Virus record (IMG/VR): IMGVR_UViG_3300030329_003092
Span: 1 to 54,679 of that record
Length of the DNA: 54,679 nt
Source: a virus
Lineage: Duplodnaviria; Caudoviricetes
Reading direction: 5' to 3' (one strand)
The translations under genes and the position numbers were made by a program. This document shows positions 16,957 to 25,640 of this stretch, piece by piece; position 1 is the first letter of the stretch; every line of letters starts with the position of its first letter. The notes below the pieces were generated by a model. That model was not told the origin of the DNA and did not search any database. It saw only the letters and a program-made list of their open reading frames with translations.

Positions 16957-18267
16957 TTATTTCTCTTGTACGAAGGAGTCTGCGCCATATATAATCATTG
17001 GTGCTGTTCTGTTCTTAATACACTCTTCATCGATAATCACCGATGTTGCGTCCTCCGAAGAAGGAACTTCGTACATTGTATTAAGCATAATCTTCTCAAG
17101 GATAGCTCGCAAGCCTCGTGCCCCTGTGCCTCTTTGTATGGCCTCTTGTGCGATACAGCGCATAGCTTCCTCTGTGAACTGAATATCAACGCCCTCATAT
17201 TCAAACAGTCTTTTGTATTGTTTCATGATAGCGTCTTTAGGTTCAGTCAAAATCTTAAGAAGGGCTGTTTCATCCAACTTTGTCAATGCAGCAATGATGG
17301 GTACGCGACCGATGAACTCTGGGATCAAACCGAACTTCACCAAGTCATTAGGCTCCGTCTCCAGCATATATTCTGTCTTGTCTTTGATGTTCTCCAAGAC
17401 CTTTCTTCGAGCAGCAAGGGACGAACTAAAGCCAATAGAACGCTGAGTGAACCTCTCTTCGATTAACTTCTCGATCCCGTCGAAAGCCCCTCCACAAATG
17501 AAAAGAATGTCTTTTGTGTCAAGCTCAAGGAACTCTTGGTTCGGATGCTTCCTTCCGCCTTTCGGAGGGATCTTTGCAATCGTCCCTTCAATAAGCTTAA
17601 GCAATGCTTGCTGTACACCTTCGCCCGAAACGTCTCGTGTAGTAGAAGCGTTTTCCGATTTACGAGCCAGCTTATCAATCTCGTCAACATAAACAATTCC
17701 CTTTGCAGCCAACTCAACATCATTGTCTGCGTTCTTAACAAGACTGAGGAGAATATTCTCTACGTCCTCGCCAACGTAGCCTGCCTCTGTTAGGCTTGTG
17801 GCGTCAGCAATCGCGAAGGGTACTCGAAGAAGTCTTGCCAATGTCTTAGCAAGCAGCGTCTTGCCCGAGCCAGTGGGGCCAAGAAGCAGTATGTTTGATT
17901 TATCAATCTCAGTAGTCTCTTCGACATCTGCGCTCTTTCTCCTTTGCGCCTTTGAGGCCGACTCATTAATTTGGATCCTCTTGTAGTGGTTGTAGACCGC
18001 AACTGATAAAACTTTCTTTGCTTCAGTCTGGCCGATAATATATTCGTCGAGCAATTCTTTAATCTCTTTCGGCTTCGGTAATTGCTCTAGTTGTTCAAGG
18101 CTCTCCTCTATTCCGTCCTCTTCCATAATGTCATTGCATATAGCAACACACTCATCGCAAATATATGTAGAGCTACCAGCTATTAATTTTTTAACCTCTG
18201 ACTGTAGCTTGCCGCAGAAGGAACAGCTTAGGTCCCTTGTCCGATCTCTTGTGTCATCATCGCTCAT
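16957..18267 (-). CDS. clpX: ATP-dependent Clp protease ATP-binding subunit ClpX
   Basis: C4 zinc domain [44 protein letters not shown] loop, IGF loop, GARGL. Confidence 0.97.
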   Translation of the reverse strand: MSDDDTRDRTRDLSCSFCGKLQSEVKKLIAGSSTYICDECVAICNDIMEEDGIEESLEQLEQLPKPKEIKELLDEYIIGQTEAKKVLSVAVYNHYKRIQINESASKAQRRKSADVEETTEIDKSNILLLGPTGSGKTLLAKTLARLLRVPFAIADATSLTEAGYVGEDVENILLSLVKNADNDVELAAKGIVYVDEIDKLARKSENASTTRDVSGEGVQQALLKLIEGTIAKIPPKGGRKHPNQEFLELDTKDILFICGGAFDGIEKLIEERFTQRSIGFSSSLAARRKVLENIKDKTEYMLETEPNDLVKFGLIPEFIGRVPIIAALTKLDETALLKILTEPKDAIMKQYKRLFEYEGVDIQFTEEAMRCIAQEAIQRGTGARGLRAILEKIMLNTMYEVPSSEDATSVIIDEECIKNRTAPMIIYGADSFVQEK

Positions 18268-18295
18268 ATTGTTTCCTTTGTGTAGAAGTTAAGAA

Positions 18296-18324
18296 GGGCA
18301 GTTTTCCATGACTTACCCAGGTCA
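18296..18324 (-). other. predicted compact H-type RNA pseudoknot upstream of clpX
   Basis: UGAC-CU-GGGUA-A-GUCA-UGGAAAAC-UGCCC: stem 1 UGAC/GUCA, stem 2 GGGUA/UGCCC. Confidence 0.45.
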
Positions 18325-18346
18325 CTAGAGAGAGAACCCAAATATC

Positions 18347-18544
18347 TTATTGTGTCTCATAAATGGTCTGAAGTCTAGGCAACAAGCCTCTCTGTGAGAG
18401 ATATGCTCTGTATTCCTCTAACTCTTGTTGAGGAGCGTCTTCAAGCTTTTCTGCCTGCTGCTGGCTTTCACAAGGAAGTAACTCGCCGTCAGCCATTTCA
18501 ACATACCATTTGCCCTCTACCATGTCATAAACTGAAATTGCCAT
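18347..18544 (-). CDS. hypothetical protein
   Basis: 65 aa, AGGAGG RBS. Confidence 0.65.
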   Translation of the reverse strand: MAISVYDMVEGKWYVEMADGELLPCESQQQAEKLEDAPQQELEEYRAYLSQRGLLPRLQTIYETQ

Positions 18545-18609
18545 GAGTCTATCCTCCTATAAGTAACTATGGTGCTGCCAATCATTTAGACTATCAAACT
18601 CATATAAAC

Positions 18610-18638
18610 AATATACCAAACTTTATTTTATTTGTCAA
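18610..18638 (-). promoter_or_regulatory. sigma70-type promoter
   Basis: TTGACA-17-TATATT. Confidence 0.75.
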
Positions 18639-18867
18639 GCTCTTTACTCAAAATTTCAAATCTGCCGCCTGGGCCACGGTACCTTTGGACCTTCATATCT
18701 TTAAACCACAGGACATCTATGTAATCTTCAATGGAGAACCCGTCTCCATATAAGCGAGTCTTCTCTTCTCCGCTTGACATTACTATCCCCAAGAGATCGT
18801 CTAGTGGGCATGGGCGACGGGGAAGCCTCTTAAATCTCACAAGATCCCCTTTTTTAAATCTATTCAC
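18628..18867 (-). CDS. MKVGDLV-family small protein
   Basis: FKKGDLVRF...LGIVM...IDVLWF. Confidence 0.7.
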   Translation of the reverse strand: MNRFKKGDLVRFKRLPRRPCPLDDLLGIVMSSGEEKTRLYGDGFSIEDYIDVLWFKDMKVQRYRGPGGRFEILSKELDK

Positions 18868-19057
18868 TGTCTTTAATCTCCACTTGAGGCAAGGTCGATA
18901 AAAGTTCTAGGGCGATCTGTTGTCTTCGACCTATATCATACCACCAAACAACTCCAAATCCATATTTCTCATCAACCTCCAGTACAATACCAATACTCCT
19001 AGAGGGGGGGAAGTTCCAACGCTCCCAATTGTATCCTACGAGATCACCGACTTTCAC
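18860..19057 (-). CDS. MKVGDLV-family small protein
   Basis: VKVGDLVGY...IGIVLE...VWW. Confidence 0.75.
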   Translation of the reverse strand: MKVGDLVGYNWERWNFPPSRSIGIVLEVDEKYGFGVVWWYDIGRRQQIALELLSTLPQVEIKDSE

Positions 19058-19289
19058 TTATTATCTCCAAGTCGTGCATAAACTCCATGTAAGCACGATC
19101 AGCCTGAAGCCAATATACTTTGCAAAGCTCTACCTTTTCCGGGTAATCCTCTGCTCTGTTTGCAAAATGATAGGACTTTGCCAATTCATAAAAGATATCG
19201 CCGTCTCCAACTGCGTCCATAACTTCCACAATAATGCCTACGAGCCCAAACTCTGCTTCTTTATATGTCACGAGATCCCCTACCTTCAC
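19044..19289 (-). CDS. MKVGDLV-family small protein
   Basis: VKVGDLVTY...VGIIVE...CKVYWL. Confidence 0.75.
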   Translation of the reverse strand: MKVGDLVTYKEAEFGLVGIIVEVMDAVGDGDIFYELAKSYHFANRAEDYPEKVELCKVYWLQADRAYMEFMHDLEIISESR

Positions 19290-19512
19290 TTACAACCCTA
19301 AGCTCCTCCATATAGCATTCGCCAAAAGCCTGAATGTCAAGCCAATAGACTCTGCATATTCTTTCAGAAGTATAACTAAGTATGGTTATTTCTGTTATAA
19401 TTCCCTCAGTTCTATTAGAAGAGTGCAAATGACTACGTGGCAACCATGGGTTCATACCCACCCACTCAACCAGATCGCCCACCTTTACTGGGCTCTGATT
19501 ATCATTGCCCAT
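19261..19512 (-). CDS. MKVGDLV-family small protein
   Basis: PVKVGDLVEW...EGIITE...CRVYWL; start estimated. Confidence 0.7.
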   Translation of the reverse strand: MGNDNQSPVKVGDLVEWVGMNPWLPRSHLHSSNRTEGIITEITILSYTSERICRVYWLDIQAFGECYMEELRVVSEGRGSRDI

Positions 19513-19771
19513 CGGGGTAGTAGGCTCCTCGGATACAACCCATTGGAAGGTTTCTTTCGCACTCAAGTAAGTGCTCTTCAAGCTTCATAACACCGTCTCT
19601 CAAGTGTGCGTTTTGTGCTTCTAGAACACCAGCGTATGATATGACCTCTCCGCACTTATTAGACACATTCTTTAGGCAACTATCAAGAGCGTTCCGATAA
19701 GAGAAGGTGCCTGAAACAAAACCGAGCGTGAAGGCGGTTATGATGATCGCCGTCTTTTTATAAGTACTCAT
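19502..19771 (-). CDS. small secreted or membrane protein with coiled coil
   Basis: N-terminal hydrophobic segment, Cys residues, heptad-like tail. Confidence 0.6.
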   Translation of the reverse strand: MSTYKKTAIIITAFTLGFVSGTFSYRNALDSCLKNVSNKCGEVISYAGVLEAQNAHLRDGVMKLEEHLLECERNLPMGCIRGAYYPDGQ

Positions 19772-20321
19772 TGCCTTTCACCCTCCAGTGGTTGCGACAA
19801 GCAGCCATGTAGTGATCGTGTTCGCCAACCAACACCGTTCCCCTTTCGTCAGAAAACCTAAATGTATGTGTAGCGTCTTCTCCGCACACCTCACAGACTG
19901 CGACCAACTTGGTGACCTTTTCTGCAATTGCAAGAAGAGAGCCCATTGGGCCGAATGGTACTCCATCCGAATCCATATCAAGGCCAGCCGCAATAACCCT
20001 CTTGCCTTGTTGTGCTAGCGATAAAGCAACTTCTAAAAGCTTTGGGCTAAAGAATTGCGCCTCGTCAATCCCAACTATCTCAGTGTCCACCTCAACAAGA
20101 TCTAAAATGCTTGTTGCCTCTGCAACAGGAACACATTTCATTTTCTGTCCTGCGTGAGAAACAACTTCGTCATCGCTATATCTATTGTCAATCGCTGGTT
20201 TGAATAGTTGAAACTTTCTTTTAGCAATCGTGGCTCTGTGTAACCTTCGCATTAGTTCTTCTGATTTTCCAGAAAACATTGGCCCGCAGACTACTTCTAT
20301 CTTTCCTTTAAACGTTTGCAT
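19758..20321 (-). CDS. tdk: thymidine kinase
   Basis: GPMFSGKSEEL, IDEAQF, AGLD.D..G.PF, Zn-binding CEVC/CR. Confidence 0.95.
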   Translation of the reverse strand: MQTFKGKIEVVCGPMFSGKSEELMRRLHRATIAKRKFQLFKPAIDNRYSDDEVVSHAGQKMKCVPVAEATSILDLVEVDTEIVGIDEAQFFSPKLLEVALSLAQQGKRVIAAGLDMDSDGVPFGPMGSLLAIAEKVTKLVAVCEVCGEDATHTFRFSDERGTVLVGEHDHYMAACRNHWRVKGNEYL

Positions 20322-20971
20322 TTTTTTCCTCTATATTTTTTTATTCTTCTTTCTTCTGTGTAAAGTGGTTTATTGTCTCCAACAAGCAATATCTTGTAAA
20401 TCTTTGTACCCTTCGCTGCACTGGAGACTGGGTACGCATCTGTCTCAAGAACAATGCCGCAGTTTTGTAACCCCTCTGCTTTTGCGAAGTGAGGCATGTT
20501 GCCCTTCCTAAACTCAACAAAGGTTCCTGGGCTATAGCGAGCCGGGGCTCGGGTTGTCTCCAGTACCTTCTTGGCATACTTATTAGTGCACATAGCGCGC
20601 CACTGCTTCTCTGTTGGCACGAAGGAATCGTCTGACAGTATGTTTGCTGCCAGATCCCGAAAGTATTTTGTACCAGGGGCGTTTAGATAATAAGCAGCGC
20701 AGATCTTTGCTGTCTCTCGCCTCTCCTCGTTATACTCTTTCTTCCACTTATACTTGTTCAAAACGGCCTCCGGCTTGTGGTCTTCGTAGACTCTCCACCA
20801 GTAATCTAACTGTCCTAAAGTTAAGTAGCCGCGCTCCTGCTTAAAGAGTTTGATGCTTTCAACAAATTTAACTTGCTTCTCTGATAAAAATTCTGATTTT
20901 AATACCAAGTCGAACAACTTGGGATCAACTTCACTTCCCTTGCCCTCTTGGCTTCTTTCCTCTTTTTGCAT
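20297..20971 (-). CDS. hypothetical protein (C-terminal SH3-like segment)
   Basis: 224-aa ORF; YSPGTFVEF..GIVLE..YKILL resembles the KOW-like family. Confidence 0.65.
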   Translation of the reverse strand: MQKEERSQEGKGSEVDPKLFDLVLKSEFLSEKQVKFVESIKLFKQERGYLTLGQLDYWWRVYEDHKPEAVLNKYKWKKEYNEERRETAKICAAYYLNAPGTKYFRDLAANILSDDSFVPTEKQWRAMCTNKYAKKVLETTRAPARYSPGTFVEFRKGNMPHFAKAEGLQNCGIVLETDAYPVSSAAKGTKIYKILLVGDNKPLYTEERRIKKYRGKKCKRLKER

Positions 20972-21056
20972 GATTCTTTCCGAATTTGTGTTTAGTAAAG
21001 TAAGAATGCTTTCCTTTTCCCTGTCTCGTCTTCTTTGGCTTCTTACGCAATGACAT

Positions 21057-21281
21057 CTAGTTATCCTCCTGTTTGACGACTTTCTCCAGCTTCACCTTAT
21101 CAACCAAGATACGCCTATTTTCTTCAAATATATATATTTCGTACCAAAGCTCTTCCGTGTCATCAAGTGACTCATACTCTCCCAGTATCAACGCTGCCTT
21201 CCTAATTAAATCGGGCATGCCAGACTTGTTTGGGTATGGACCTTTCCACCAACAAAACCAGACTATATCACCAATATTCAT
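21057..21281 (-). CDS. MKVGDLV-family small protein
   Basis: MNIGDIVWF...ALILG...WYEIY...LEKV. Confidence 0.65.
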   Translation of the reverse strand: MNIGDIVWFCWWKGPYPNKSGMPDLIRKAALILGEYESLDDTEELWYEIYIFEENRRILVDKVKLEKVVKQEDN

Positions 21282-21316
21282 ACACTAAGTATCTTGGCAC
21301 CTCGCGAAACACTTAA

Positions 21317-21583
21317 TTAAAACTTAGGGTGTGGCTCGCCACTTAACACAAGCTGTAGAACACGAGCCTTGACTTCTTTGGCGCTTTTGAAGTTTTCATA
21401 AGAAGTTTCCAAAGGTTGAGGCAAATCGCTGCCCCACGTCCATAAACGATATTTCCACTTGCTACCCTTCTTAAAAATCTCTGCATGGATCTCTGGCTCC
21501 TTCCAGATGTACCATGCCATCAATTCATAATGGCCAGGGGATTTTCTTTTCCACTTAATAGTATCTTTTGTATTCCAACTCAT
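21317..21583 (-). CDS. hypothetical protein
   Basis: 88 aa; starts about 6 nt after a promoter -10 (possibly leaderless). Confidence 0.6.
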   Translation of the reverse strand: MSWNTKDTIKWKRKSPGHYELMAWYIWKEPEIHAEIFKKGSKWKYRLWTWGSDLPQPLETSYENFKSAKEVKARVLQLVLSGEPHPKF

Positions 21584-21589
21584 AGATAC

Positions 21590-21618
21590 ACTATATTACA
21601 TTTAGGTTAATTTGTCAA
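21590..21618 (-). promoter_or_regulatory. sigma70-type promoter
   Basis: TTGACA-17-TATAGT. Confidence 0.75.
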
Positions 21619-21902
21619 GTCTTTTTTATAAGAGTGAAGCCTTTCCTCTTCTTTCTTAGTCTCGCCGCGTCTTCCTGTTCCTGTATCAGCCTCTCCTGTT
21701 CTTCGATATAATCTAGAAACTCTGTGACATATTCTGTTTTATTCATGCAAAACTTTATAAAGCTGATTTGCATTTGCACATCGATGGTCTCTTCTTCGGT
21801 TCCCTTTGGGTGGATAAACACTGGGATGTCGTTTCTACGCAGTATTATAATGCCCTCTTTGTCGGTCGCGCCAATCTCTATCTTTCCGTCGTCGTCACTC
21901 AT
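21615..21902 (-). CDS. hypothetical protein, basic tail RKKRKGFTLIKKT
   Basis: 95-aa coupled ORF. Confidence 0.65.
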   Translation of the reverse strand: MSDDDGKIEIGATDKEGIIILRRNDIPVFIHPKGTEEETIDVQMQISFIKFCMNKTEYVTEFLDYIEEQERLIQEQEDAARLRKKRKGFTLIKKT

Positions 21903-22140
21903 CTTTTTTTGATACCACTTTTAACTTTCCTATCTGAGACAAAATCCCGGCAGCAATCCACTCCTCTTCGCCTCTAGACGTTGGAAGTATGTTGACTATA
22001 TACCAATGAACTTTGATATAGAAATCGTCCTTTACGTCCGTTATAAAGCCTAGGCTAGAAGAAGAAGGGGCAATAAGGCCCGGGCCTGGAATATACTCTA
22101 CCACGTCTCCTACGAAAAACTTGCCTGCTTTTTGCTCCAT
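21895..22140 (-). CDS. MKVGDLV-family-like small protein
   Basis: FFVGDVVEY...LGFITD...IKVHW...LKVVS. Confidence 0.65.
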   Translation of the reverse strand: MEQKAGKFFVGDVVEYIPGPGLIAPSSSSLGFITDVKDDFYIKVHWYIVNILPTSRGEEEWIAAGILSQIGKLKVVSKKDE

Positions 22141-22170
22141 TCATTTGAATCCTCTTACTATAAATAGGCA

Positions 22171-22776
22171 CTAAGACTTATAACAAGTGCAAGAAACTAG
22201 ATTTGATAAATCCAAGAGCGCGGTTGTATAGAGATCCCCCCTGTTTCGTTTCCTATAGGAATCCAGCAACATGTTGATTTTATTTATACTTTTCTCCGCA
22301 TTCATGTACAATTCAAACATCTGGAGTACGCTGGATAAACTTGCCTCTAAAATAGAATGTGAGGTTGCTCTGAAAGACAACACTTCTCTGTGGTCGACGC
22401 TAACAATCAATGTCGTAGTTACATTAGAGTTTGTTTTTATCGAACCTCTCTTGTGGTTAGTGTCAATTTTAAATTCTAATAAATTCAACCTATCGGCAAA
22501 TTTATATCTGTTGCGAAGCAAAGAAACGATCTCCTTGCTGAGTGCGTTAACTGGTCCGTGACCAACACTACTTATGGGTATAAAGCTTTTATAGTCTTCA
22601 TGCTTAATGTGAAGCACGCTTTCTATGTAGGTTGAGGGAGGAGTCAGCCTCTCTCTAACCACAATGTCGTTTCCCAACGACAGCCTGACAAACTCCTTAT
22701 CCTCATAGCATGACAGTATCTTTAATATCTTTTGTCGTCTTATGTCTGAAGGTAGTGTATTTAATGCTGGGACCAT
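22171..22776 (-). CDS. stand-alone LeuA/CimA-type allosteric (regulatory) domain-like protein
   Basis: GHGPVNAL, L.EFKID, SHSILEAS resemble GxGPVDA...SxDIxEAS motifs. Confidence 0.55.
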   Translation of the reverse strand: MVPALNTLPSDIRRQKILKILSCYEDKEFVRLSLGNDIVVRERLTPPSTYIESVLHIKHEDYKSFIPISSVGHGPVNALSKEIVSLLRNRYKFADRLNLLEFKIDTNHKRGSIKTNSNVTTTLIVSVDHREVLSFRATSHSILEASLSSVLQMFELYMNAEKSINKINMLLDSYRKRNRGDLYTTALLDLSNLVSCTCYKS

Positions 22777-23514
22777 TTAGAAGTTCTGAGATAATATTGA
22801 AGAGTTCTTGTATAGGTTGTAATCGCTGCTTGCAGTGTCCACTATAACCAGATCTTGTCTTCCGGCGACTCTGGTACCGCTATTCATAAATAGGGTTCCA
22901 TTAAATTCTTCTTTCATGGGATGGTGTGAGTGCCCAGTTATAACAATATTGCAGCCCTTTTGTTTAGCAACCCAAGCCGAAAGCTTCTCAAAAGGTCCTG
23001 GCTTCCATAAGTTATTCTCAGACTTGTACTTACTAATGTCGTTCATTTTTACCGTCCAGTCGTAGCCAAGCCTGGACGCCCAGCCTCCGAACCATACGCC
23101 GAAGTGCTCAAAGTTTCTTGTCCAGAAATCTGCCACTAGCGGATCAAGCTGATGGCCGTGCATTAAAAATATCTTATCGCCGTGATCTTTTAAAACTATT
23201 TGTTTTCTCGCGCTTAAAAGATTAACTGTGTCGAGATCGTGGTTGCCCTGGATCAATTCATACTTTGGGTTATCTAATATTCTGGAGGAGAATCCCGGAT
23301 ATGCTTTTAGTATTCTTACTAACTCTTGTTCGGTGTTGAAAGATTTTCCTCGGAGTGTTTCGAATATATCTCCTAGCAAAACTATTTTGTCTACTGTCCT
23401 CTCAAGATAGTCAAGCAGAGAATATAGTTGTTCCTCGGCTCCTTCTGTTCTATAAAATTGATCTAATTTGTCCTTACAGCCCAAATGTAGATCACTCAAC
23501 ACCGCGATCTGCAC
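22777..23514 (-). CDS. calcineurin-like metallophosphoesterase (LpxH-like)
   Basis: SDLHLG, GDIFE, GNHD, HGH..D, GHSH. Confidence 0.85.
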   Translation of the reverse strand: MQIAVLSDLHLGCKDKLDQFYRTEGAEEQLYSLLDYLERTVDKIVLLGDIFETLRGKSFNTEQELVRILKAYPGFSSRILDNPKYELIQGNHDLDTVNLLSARKQIVLKDHGDKIFLMHGHQLDPLVADFWTRNFEHFGVWFGGWASRLGYDWTVKMNDISKYKSENNLWKPGPFEKLSAWVAKQKGCNIVITGHSHHPMKEEFNGTLFMNSGTRVAGRQDLVIVDTASSDYNLYKNSSILSQNF

Positions 23515-23581
23515 CTTCGGATCCTCCTAATGATAGTTTTTGTTTTACAGTAGTGCGTAGTTTTCTACGCACCTATTAATA

Positions 23582-23610
23582 ACTATACACTAAAACAAAT
23601 TAATTTTCAA
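23582..23610 (-). promoter_or_regulatory. sigma70-type promoter
   Basis: TTGAAA-17-TATAGT. Confidence 0.55.
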
Positions 23611-23618
23611 GTTTTTTA

Positions 23619-24362
23619 TTATTTAATTGACATTTTCTTGTCATACGAATCATTAATGATATCCAAGAGTCTTCCAATATCGCCGGAGCGACGAAGAAGC
23701 TTAAAAGAAAGGTTCTCGACGGAGTAAATACCTCGCTCATCCAATCCAGCTTTCCTCATCTTTTTTATCTTCTCTTTGATTCTTGTAGCAGTTTTGATAG
23801 CTGCTTCGTATTTTTCTTTCTTCATGAGTTTCTCAGCGTCATCAATCTGTCTTACAAGGTCTTCCGCCTTCTTTACCGCATTCTCTTTGTCGACGACTGC
23901 TGTCACGGGCTCGGGCTTTGTGTTCCACTTGTCGTATTTTATTGAATAAATACCGGGCGACTCATGAGGATCCCCTCGATTTTCGAAATACAATTCAACT
24001 TCGTAATCCCCGAGCATAATGTTGTGATCCCTATTCCATATAGATTTCTTAGCATTAAGAAAGTCACGAACCAAGTCCACATTCTCATCCACTTGAGCGA
24101 AGTCTAATATGATATGCAAGTCATAGTCTGAATACTTAGACCAATTGTAACCGGCCAAAGAACCCGTCAGAACTATATCATGGATCTCATACTTCTCTAG
24201 CCCCAGCTTATTTATAAAGTCGTTTGCTATCTTAAGAAGCCTCTCTGTTATCTCTGGTTTGATTCTGTCGTCCTCTTCCCAGACATTCCTATCTAGATCG
24301 TCCTGTAAGTTGAGAGAATCAGAATCAAGCTCTTCAAATATATTTGGAAACCTTAGCATCAT
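23619..24362 (-). CDS. polymerase-beta-superfamily nucleotidyltransferase
   Basis: IVLTGSL...SDYDLHI, third acidic residue in VELY. Confidence 0.75.
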   Translation of the reverse strand: MMLRFPNIFEELDSDSLNLQDDLDRNVWEEDDRIKPEITERLLKIANDFINKLGLEKYEIHDIVLTGSLAGYNWSKYSDYDLHIILDFAQVDENVDLVRDFLNAKKSIWNRDHNIMLGDYEVELYFENRGDPHESPGIYSIKYDKWNTKPEPVTAVVDKENAVKKAEDLVRQIDDAEKLMKKEKYEAAIKTATRIKEKIKKMRKAGLDERGIYSVENLSFKLLRRSGDIGRLLDIINDSYDKKMSIK

Positions 24363-24365
24363 ATT

Positions 24366-24992
24366 CTAAATATCCGCTTCCTCAAGTAATGTATAAGTAA
24401 AAGAATTACCAAACTTATCTGCTGAGATATTACACACCTCAAGAAAATCTGCAAACTCCTTGCTGTTCTTAAAAACCTGACAGCCTGCGGAAGTTCCGTT
24501 AACATATTCTCTCTCAGCGGGACGTGAGTGCCTATGTATGTTTATACCAAACATTCCCTCCTGAATCTTTCTTTCGTCCATTTCAAGCTTAGAGTCCTTG
24601 TCATCGTCTCTATACACCTTGACCTTCCCTCCCCTCTGAATAAGGGCTGTATGGCGAAAAGAGCCGCCATGGAGACCTATCTTATATACTCCCCTGTATT
24701 GGTCGGGAACCAAGATAGCAGTTCCATCTGGATTAATTGGTTTCCTTAGAATATACGGGCCGGGATCTGTTGTTATCTGATAGCTCTCAACTTGCCACTC
24801 AAGCAAGATATTTCTATAGATCACGAGAAGTGAGTCGTCAAAAGATTTTGAACTGTTCGAAGAATTCCTCACACCAATGATATTAATATTGTATGATTTG
24901 TTGCCATCAAAGAAGACGTACCCTTTGTCTTCGAGTACTTCTTTAAATAGTTCTGCTGTTATTCGAGCGTGTAGTCCTTTTAGTGTAGCCAT
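24366..24992 (-). CDS. L,D-transpeptidase-like (YkuD-fold) cell-wall enzyme / putative endolysin
   Basis: GINIH-x13-SAGCQV His/Cys motif; TTDPG. Confidence 0.65.
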   Translation of the reverse strand: MATLKGLHARITAELFKEVLEDKGYVFFDGNKSYNINIIGVRNSSNSSKSFDDSLLVIYRNILLEWQVESYQITTDPGPYILRKPINPDGTAILVPDQYRGVYKIGLHGGSFRHTALIQRGGKVKVYRDDDKDSKLEMDERKIQEGMFGINIHRHSRPAEREYVNGTSAGCQVFKNSKEFADFLEVCNISADKFGNSFTYTLLEEADI

Positions 24993-25013
24993 TTTACTTT
25001 TTCCTCAACGAAA

Positions 25014-25021
25014 TAAATAGT
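25014..25021 (-). promoter_or_regulatory. putative late promoter (ACTATTTA)
   Basis: Member of the recurring CTAnTTA motif lacking a -35 element. Confidence 0.5.
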
Positions 25022-25031
25022 TGTTATAATT

Positions 25032-25223
25032 CTATTTTTCGCTTTCTGGTTCCATTGTATAGACTTGTTTCTTTCCGAACTTGTCATACAGTACAAGATC
25101 CCCAAAAGATAGGTCATGCTTTTTCTCCTCTGGCTTCTTCTTCGAGGCGGGAACACCGCACCATTTCAAGTGCTCGGGGGGAATAGGATTGATCGGTTGT
25201 ATCTTGGTTATCTTGTTTATCAT
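25032..25223 (-). CDS. hypothetical protein
   Basis: 63-aa ORF. Confidence 0.5.
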   Translation of the reverse strand: MINKITKIQPINPIPPEHLKWCGVPASKKKPEEKKHDLSFGDLVLYDKFGKKQVYTMEPESEK

Positions 25224-25241
25224 CTAAGAACTCTTTTGTTT

Positions 25242-25640
25242 TCAAGAAGTTGTTTCACAATCGTGCTTCTCTTTAATGTAGTTAGAGATGGGAACAGCTT
25301 CTCCGTCACCATCGATACGAACAAACTTCATTTTTGTTCGACAAACTACTTTCTCAGAATTATTGTATGTGCTATATCTTCTTGCCTCTATGTTCAGCAG
25401 GCAGGAAGATCGCCCAAATCTTTCTAAGTTTCCATATATTTTTATGATCTGCCCTGGTCGCACAGGCTTAAGAAACTGAACCTTGTCCATAGAAACTGTT
25501 ACCATCCTTGGTGTCTCGCAGATCTGGCAAGCGTAAGCTACAGCAGCCTCGTCAAGCCATGCAAGCATCAGACCACCAAAAAGGTTGCCGTGATATCCGC
25601 AGTCATTTTCTTTACACATATGTGTTGATATCAGTTCCAT
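25242..25640 (-). CDS. acyl-CoA thioesterase (hotdog fold, YciA-like)
   Basis: HGNLFGG.MLAWLDEAA, VTVSMD.V.F.KPV, GRSS, FVRID..G. Confidence 0.9.
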   Translation of the reverse strand: MELISTHMCKENDCGYHGNLFGGLMLAWLDEAAVAYACQICETPRMVTVSMDKVQFLKPVRPGQIIKIYGNLERFGRSSCLLNIEARRYSTYNNSEKVVCRTKMKFVRIDGDGEAVPISNYIKEKHDCETTS

